A stretch of 64,000 nt of DNA from the sequence record MH494197.1. One strand, written 5' to 3'. Below the pieces are notes generated by a model. That model searched no databases, was not told the origin of the DNA, and saw only the letters and a program-made list of their open reading frames with translations. The translations under genes were made by a program, and so were the position numbers. Positions within the stretch are counted from its first letter, which is position 1. Each line of letters starts with the position of its first letter. This document shows, piece after piece, positions 59,429 through 64,000 of the stretch.

Positions 59429-60517
59429 TTTATATTATTCCTTCTATGTTACAACCTATAATTATTTTTGTAACTTCGATAACTCTTACCAAATGGTATC
59501 CGTGAAAAAGTTAAAACCATACATTTGTGCTAATGCATCGGCTTCAGATTTTGCACGGATACATGATAGATATAGTTCTCGTATATCGTCATCCAACGAT
59601 GCTTGTTTCTCGTCATTGATAACAATAGAACGAATCTCAAAACGAACACCATAACTCATTTAGTTTGTCCAACAATTAGTTTCTCTCTAGTATTACTATT
59701 GTAACACCACATTAATTCTTCACCAACTGTTCTAAGTGAAACGCTGTTTACTTGTTCATAAGTACTGTCACGTACTGCAATGCATTGATTCATTGAATTC
59801 ATTGGGGTGATTTGTACACCAGATTGTGGTGAAAGAGCAATAATTAAAAGATTACTGAATTCATTAGATATTCCTTAGTGGTTAATCATCCATCTCTTCG
59901 AGATGTCTGTTCGCTTCTAATACTACGTATTCTACGCGAATGAATCATAACTGTCAAGGACTTTTAATATTGACGGGATTTGAGGAAGGATTTTTCTTCC
60001 CCACATGGAGGGAATTTGACGCTGATGGTATCAGAGCTATTGCATTGAAGATTACTCATAATGAGTGCGAAAGCGGGTCATCCTGTTTCTCTCTACTTCA
60101 GTTTCATATGACGGTCTACACTTTTAAACATAGTGTATCTTCATTAAGTATCTATGCAATCAAATACTTAATGTGAGTACTCAAATTTTGGACGCAACTT
60201 TCCTGTACAAAATTCGATAACTCTCCTTAGATAATTCGTAAGGTGTTATCCTTATATGTCTATCGAGGAACCATCAGCTATCCTAACGTGGTTCTTTATA
60301 CAGCCGCATTGCCGTGAGGGGTTCAAACTATGCCCACATCTAACGGGTTTCTTTTGCTGTTCGCTACAATGAAAAGCTCATCTATCCTTTACATTTTCAA
60401 GTGAAGTAGGGGAAGATTGTCAGTACCAGTACTGTCATTGTGATTGTACATAGATCATTGTATCACCATTAATAAATTTGTCCCATAAAAAGGCTGACCG
60501 AAGTCAACCCTTTAATC

Positions 60518-61480
60518 TTAAAAATCTTCGAACTCGTAACCTTGCATCTTCACCATCTTACGCAGTCGTTCCATTGCTTCAGAGTACTTACGGTGCAATG
60601 AAGAACGAGCAGTCATGACCTTACCCTTCTCATCTTCAAAACCACTCTCAATGATTTCTCGTAGCGTTTCTGGTTCAGAATAAGAACCAATACCATGTAC
60701 ACGTTCAATCAATTCACGGTCTTTGGCAGATAGGTTACTCATCATTTCTGCAATACTTTGTACCAGTGGGTACTGACAGTTTCTACGCCTAAGTTGTAAT
60801 CAGGTTCAACTGAAGTAACAATGTCAGATAATGTACTTTCTGAATCATTACTCATTTTCATATTCAATGCTACATAAGTGTTATTGTAAGTTAGACAATT
60901 CTTAACGTGTTGAATCTCAATACCAGTCTCTTTTGACACCATCTCAGGAGTTGGGTATTTACCATGTTTCCTTTGATACTCTTCTACACAACGTTTCACA
61001 TAAATGTTATTAACACTCATATAACGTGGGAAATGCACTAGATAATTAGCATCTGCACTTTCGTTATAGATTGTCATGTACACAGTTGTTGTTGCATATG
61101 TAATGAACTTAACATTTTGGTAGTGTCGAACGTATGAATTGCTCGCATTAAACCTTCAACACCATAAGAAATCTTATCTTCAAATGGGATGAAACATGTA
61201 CACTTACGTGCAACACTTACTACCATTGGATAGTTGTAGCGAACCAAAAGGTCAATATTCTTTTCAACGTCAATACCATCACGCACTGCTTGGATGAGCA
61301 TTTCATTCGTTATCCCTTTAGGGCGAGTTAAGCTGATACCTGTTTTGGTTTCTCAAACTTGTGACCGTCATGTTCTTCTTCTTCGACGGAATCAAGAGCC
61401 TCTAATACGTTGACTTCTTCACTAGCAAAACACTCATCCAGTACTTCTTCAGAAATTGCATTTAAATCAAGCTTTTTCAC
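60518..61480 (-). CDS. Phage-encoded sigma70-family RNA polymerase sigma factor (~320 aa, frameshifted)
   Basis: Acidic N-terminus (GTG at 61480 after GGAG); region 2 LLVRYNYPMVVSVARK / EDKISYGVEGLMRAIHTFD / KFITYA; region 3 YPTPEMVSKETGI; region 4 LSAKDRELI...TLREI...AMERLRK. Confidence 0.85.
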
Positions 61481-62416
61481 TTACTTCTCCTAATGAATGA
61501 AATCAAAAACGGTATACATTAATATTATCATCGGTATAGATATCATGGTTATGAACATCCATGAAGGTATCAAATACCTTATCAAGAAGAGTATTATACT
61601 CTTCATGTACTGCTATCAAGCATGTATTCACCACCACTACCCATAAAGAATGTATAATCATTATGGAGATAATCAATCTTCTTGGTAAACTTACCCTTAT
61701 TAACGATTAAGTGAATGATGTAATCTTTTGACACAAGAACACAGTGACAACTCGCCTTGCGGTCTGGTATCACAGTCTCTTGTGAAATCAAGTATCTCAG
61801 TACTTTGTTAATTTCACTAACCTCACCGCAAGCACTAAACAGTCGGTCGTGTACATACAATGTTTTTGTGAAACTACACCATAACTAAGTTTTGGTTTCA
61901 ACGGGAATAGGTTCAAAATGAACGTTGCTCAGTTGATGTCACTTTTGAATCAGTAAGTAATACTCCCAAGCGTTTATCAATATAAACAGTCGTCATATTA
62001 AACCTTATCTAAAATTTATCATAGATATAATATTCTTTATCGTTGAATACATTAATTCCGGATCGAAGCGTTGAAGTGTATTCATGTATAATGAACTTTT
62101 AAATAAAAATACAATGCAACAAATTCAGATATATGCATATTCTTTTTATTATTACATAAATTCTTTAGCATTTTAATGCTATCAAAATCATCTTTATCAT
62201 ATCTGTACTGGTAAAATTATATCTATTGAACTGACACTCATAGATACGAAGTGCCATTATGTCAATACATGCTTTAGATTTACAGTACTTATTCAATACG
62301 TCATAATCACCCACACATAATGCTACAAAGATTTTATGCAAGCGTAGCTTTACCTTCAATAGTATAATAACCAAAGAACTTACTGATTAAGTAATGTATA
62401 AATCTAAGCATTGGAT

Positions 62417-62674
62417 TTAGAATTTCTCCGAAATTACCAGTGTATCATCATAGTCATCAGCAACCGTATTCAGTACTTCCAAATTACTTTCACCAGAAAT
62501 ACTTTGTACTTCGTTCAAAAGATAGTTTAGATCAACTTTAGTTACTTTTTCTGAATCAAACACACAGAAAGTCAATTCAGCGTTTGGACAGATCTTCTTC
62601 AGATTATCAGCAACAACTTGTTTGAAGTTAAAAGATGGGAAGCAACGGTTAACTGCAACGAGAATAGATTTCAT
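62417..62674 (-). CDS. Hypothetical protein (85 aa)
   Basis: Intact ORF on the operon strand. Confidence 0.7.
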   Translation of the reverse strand: MKSILVAVNRCFPSFNFKQVVADNLKKICPNAELTFCVFDSEKVTKVDLNYLLNEVQSISGESNLEVLNTVADDYDDTLVISEKF

Positions 62675-62748
62675 AATGTTTTCCTTTTTAGCTGATAATT
62701 AAATTAGGAGCACATTGTACTCCATGTTATTGGTTAAGTCAAATACTT

Positions 62749-63000
62749 TTAGATACCGAGTGCCGAATTTAATTCTTTACGCTTATTGTATGAATCAGAT
62801 TCAATCTTACTTTTCTTGTTGAAAAGGGATTCGATATCCTTATAGATTGCTTCGATAGATTTAGTTACTACCCATTCGGATTCCTGAAGCATAGCTTGAA
62901 GACGTGCGTACTCAACTTTGATAGTACTGCGAAGTTCTTCACAAGCTTCTTCGTTCTTAATTAGTGCTTCACTAAGTTCTTTGACCTTATCGATGTTCAT
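62749..63000 (-). CDS. Coiled-coil hypothetical protein (83 aa)
   Basis: Heptad-like E/K/L pattern; behind promoter TTGACG-17-TATAAT at 63035-63063. Confidence 0.7.
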   Translation of the reverse strand: MNIDKVKELSEALIKNEEACEELRSTIKVEYARLQAMLQESEWVVTKSIEAIYKDIESLFNKKSKIESDSYNKRKELNSALGI

Positions 63001-64000
63001 AAGTTCCTTACCATTTCCCAGTTTTGATGTAATAATTATATATCTCTCAATAACTCACGTCAACTGTTTTCCGTACCTTTCTCTGCCATTTTTGTGATGT
63101 GCCATTTGAGTACTGATTTGTGTACCATAAAAATGTGAATGCAAAGACTGTAATGGCTGCTGAAGTAACACTATTAGATAAAGACCAAGTTGGATGTTAG
63201 TACCTAAAATAACAATAAATGGATATAACACAATCAATCTACTGTAAGGTTCGTCTCCAGTATCACGGATAAATCCAAGCCTTTCATGATCAGTATCCAT
63301 AGTGACAATTGGACAGAACATAAGTGCAGACATAACAGCAATACCAATTTGTGCTACATTGGCAATTGTAAACCACAAAGGATTTAAACCATATGAAATG
63401 TTGTTTTCAGTACAGTAATACCCAAATGTATTGATTGCACAAACTAAAAATACAAAAATACAAATCTTATTGTATCCCTCATTTGTTTAGCTCCGTTAAT
63501 TTTCGTTTAACTTCAAGATCATAATACTCATCAGCATATGAGTTTTGAACAGTTCTTGTATATTCCAACATAACAAACATAGAACCACACACCCACAGAT
63601 AAGTATAGTAATCAAATACAAAAGCATAGATAATACATGGTATTAAAATAAATGTAAACACAAAACTATATCTCTTAGTACCGAATACTTTAACAAAAAG
63701 CAGACGGCGGCAATCACGTGCAAATGTATGAATACATATAGAAAATATAATCAATGAATACCATGAAATGCCCGGATTACACCTGAAACATTTACAAGTT
63801 TATGTCCGTCTGAAACCCCAGTGCATTAAGCACTGGAGCCATAACCCAATAATAGCAATAAGAAATAGATACTTTGCATTGCTAAGTGTGAACATTATTT
63901 CAGTCCCCATGCCTTTTAATAGCATCCACTGCGTTCTGGTCTACGACTTCCTGTTTAGTAGCACTGGTTTGTAGTTTATCAATTACATAGTTCTTAGCAT

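Larger units (their letters stand above)
38655..60513 (-). terminator. Dispersed fused terminator/promoter element GGTTGAC-TTCG-GTCAGCC-TTTT-GC-TATAAT
   Basis: Copies at 38655-38686, 40621-40652, 41339-41370, 45790-45821, 46477-46502, 48042-48073, 48819-48851, 52396-52426 and 60487-60513, plus one at 117-149. Confidence 0.85.
1..64000. other. Segment of a jumbo lytic phage genome (RaK2/121Q-like enterobacterial myovirus)
   Basis: Dense short ORFs, strong sigma70 consensus promoters, denV, homing endonucleases, a phage sigma factor, large paralog arrays and no host housekeeping operons. Lineage is recalled, not searched. Confidence 0.7.

Noticed and set aside
14720-61480. Frameshifts read as pseudogenes, phase variation or programmed frameshifting
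   Set aside because: Breaks hit nearly every gene class (sigma, ATPase, HNH, propellers), usually as single-base losses in short runs, which is the signature of uncorrected long-read error. Polishing would decide.
1-64000. Alternative genetic code (stop-codon reassignment) to explain the short ORFs
   Set aside because: Re-joining genes needs frame changes, not read-through, and intact genes end in TAA, TAG and TGA normally.
1-64000. tRNA, tmRNA or rRNA genes
   Set aside because: No cloverleaf with T-loop GTTCRA in non-coding context was seen; ggttcgaac at 23161 is inside a CDS. A tRNAscan/ARAGORN run would confirm.
1-64000. Apparent scarcity of CCWGG (Dcm/EcoRII) sites
   Set aside because: This is an impression only; I could not count it reliably by eye, so it is not reported as a finding.

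Overview
This window is a 64-kb, AT-rich (roughly one-third G+C by eye) segment of a large lytic enterobacterial phage. It most resembles the RaK2/121Q/PBECO4-type jumbo myoviruses; that assignment is from memory of gene content, not a search. Single-base indels are pervasive and look like uncorrected long-read errors, so many genes are split across several ORF-track entries and were re-joined by eye. Layout: (1) 1-7.8 kb, an early/host-takeover-type region of short minus-strand genes, each behind a repeated sigma70 promoter + stem-loop cassette, including a probable H-NS-like gene; (2) 7.8-9.6 kb, a largely non-coding repeat cluster; (3) 9.6-14.6 kb, a tandem array of about 20 paralogous 60-75 aa genes with a KE(F/Y)Y start motif; (4) 14.7-35.3 kb, a plus-strand array of 17 genes that all begin with the same 12-aa leader (MLPFARMVKYGN / MLPFVRMFDYGN), mostly behind a shared ~65-bp terminator-promoter-RBS cassette; 16 are RCC1/BLIP-II-type beta-propellers and one is Gly-rich; (5) 35.3-64 kb, minus-strand accessory genes: small membrane-protein families, AAA-type ATPase, repeat-bearing homing endonuclease, denV, a minimal protein kinase, Imm-like proteins, lipoproteins, an HNH nuclease and a divergent sigma70-family factor, punctuated by fused terminator/promoter elements. 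The palindrome AGTACT is strongly over-represented everywhere. The best candidates for undescribed biology are the leader-tagged beta-propeller cassette array, the iterated AGTACT palindrome, the KEFY micro-gene array and the H-NS-like early protein. No tRNA, rRNA or CRISPR array was seen.
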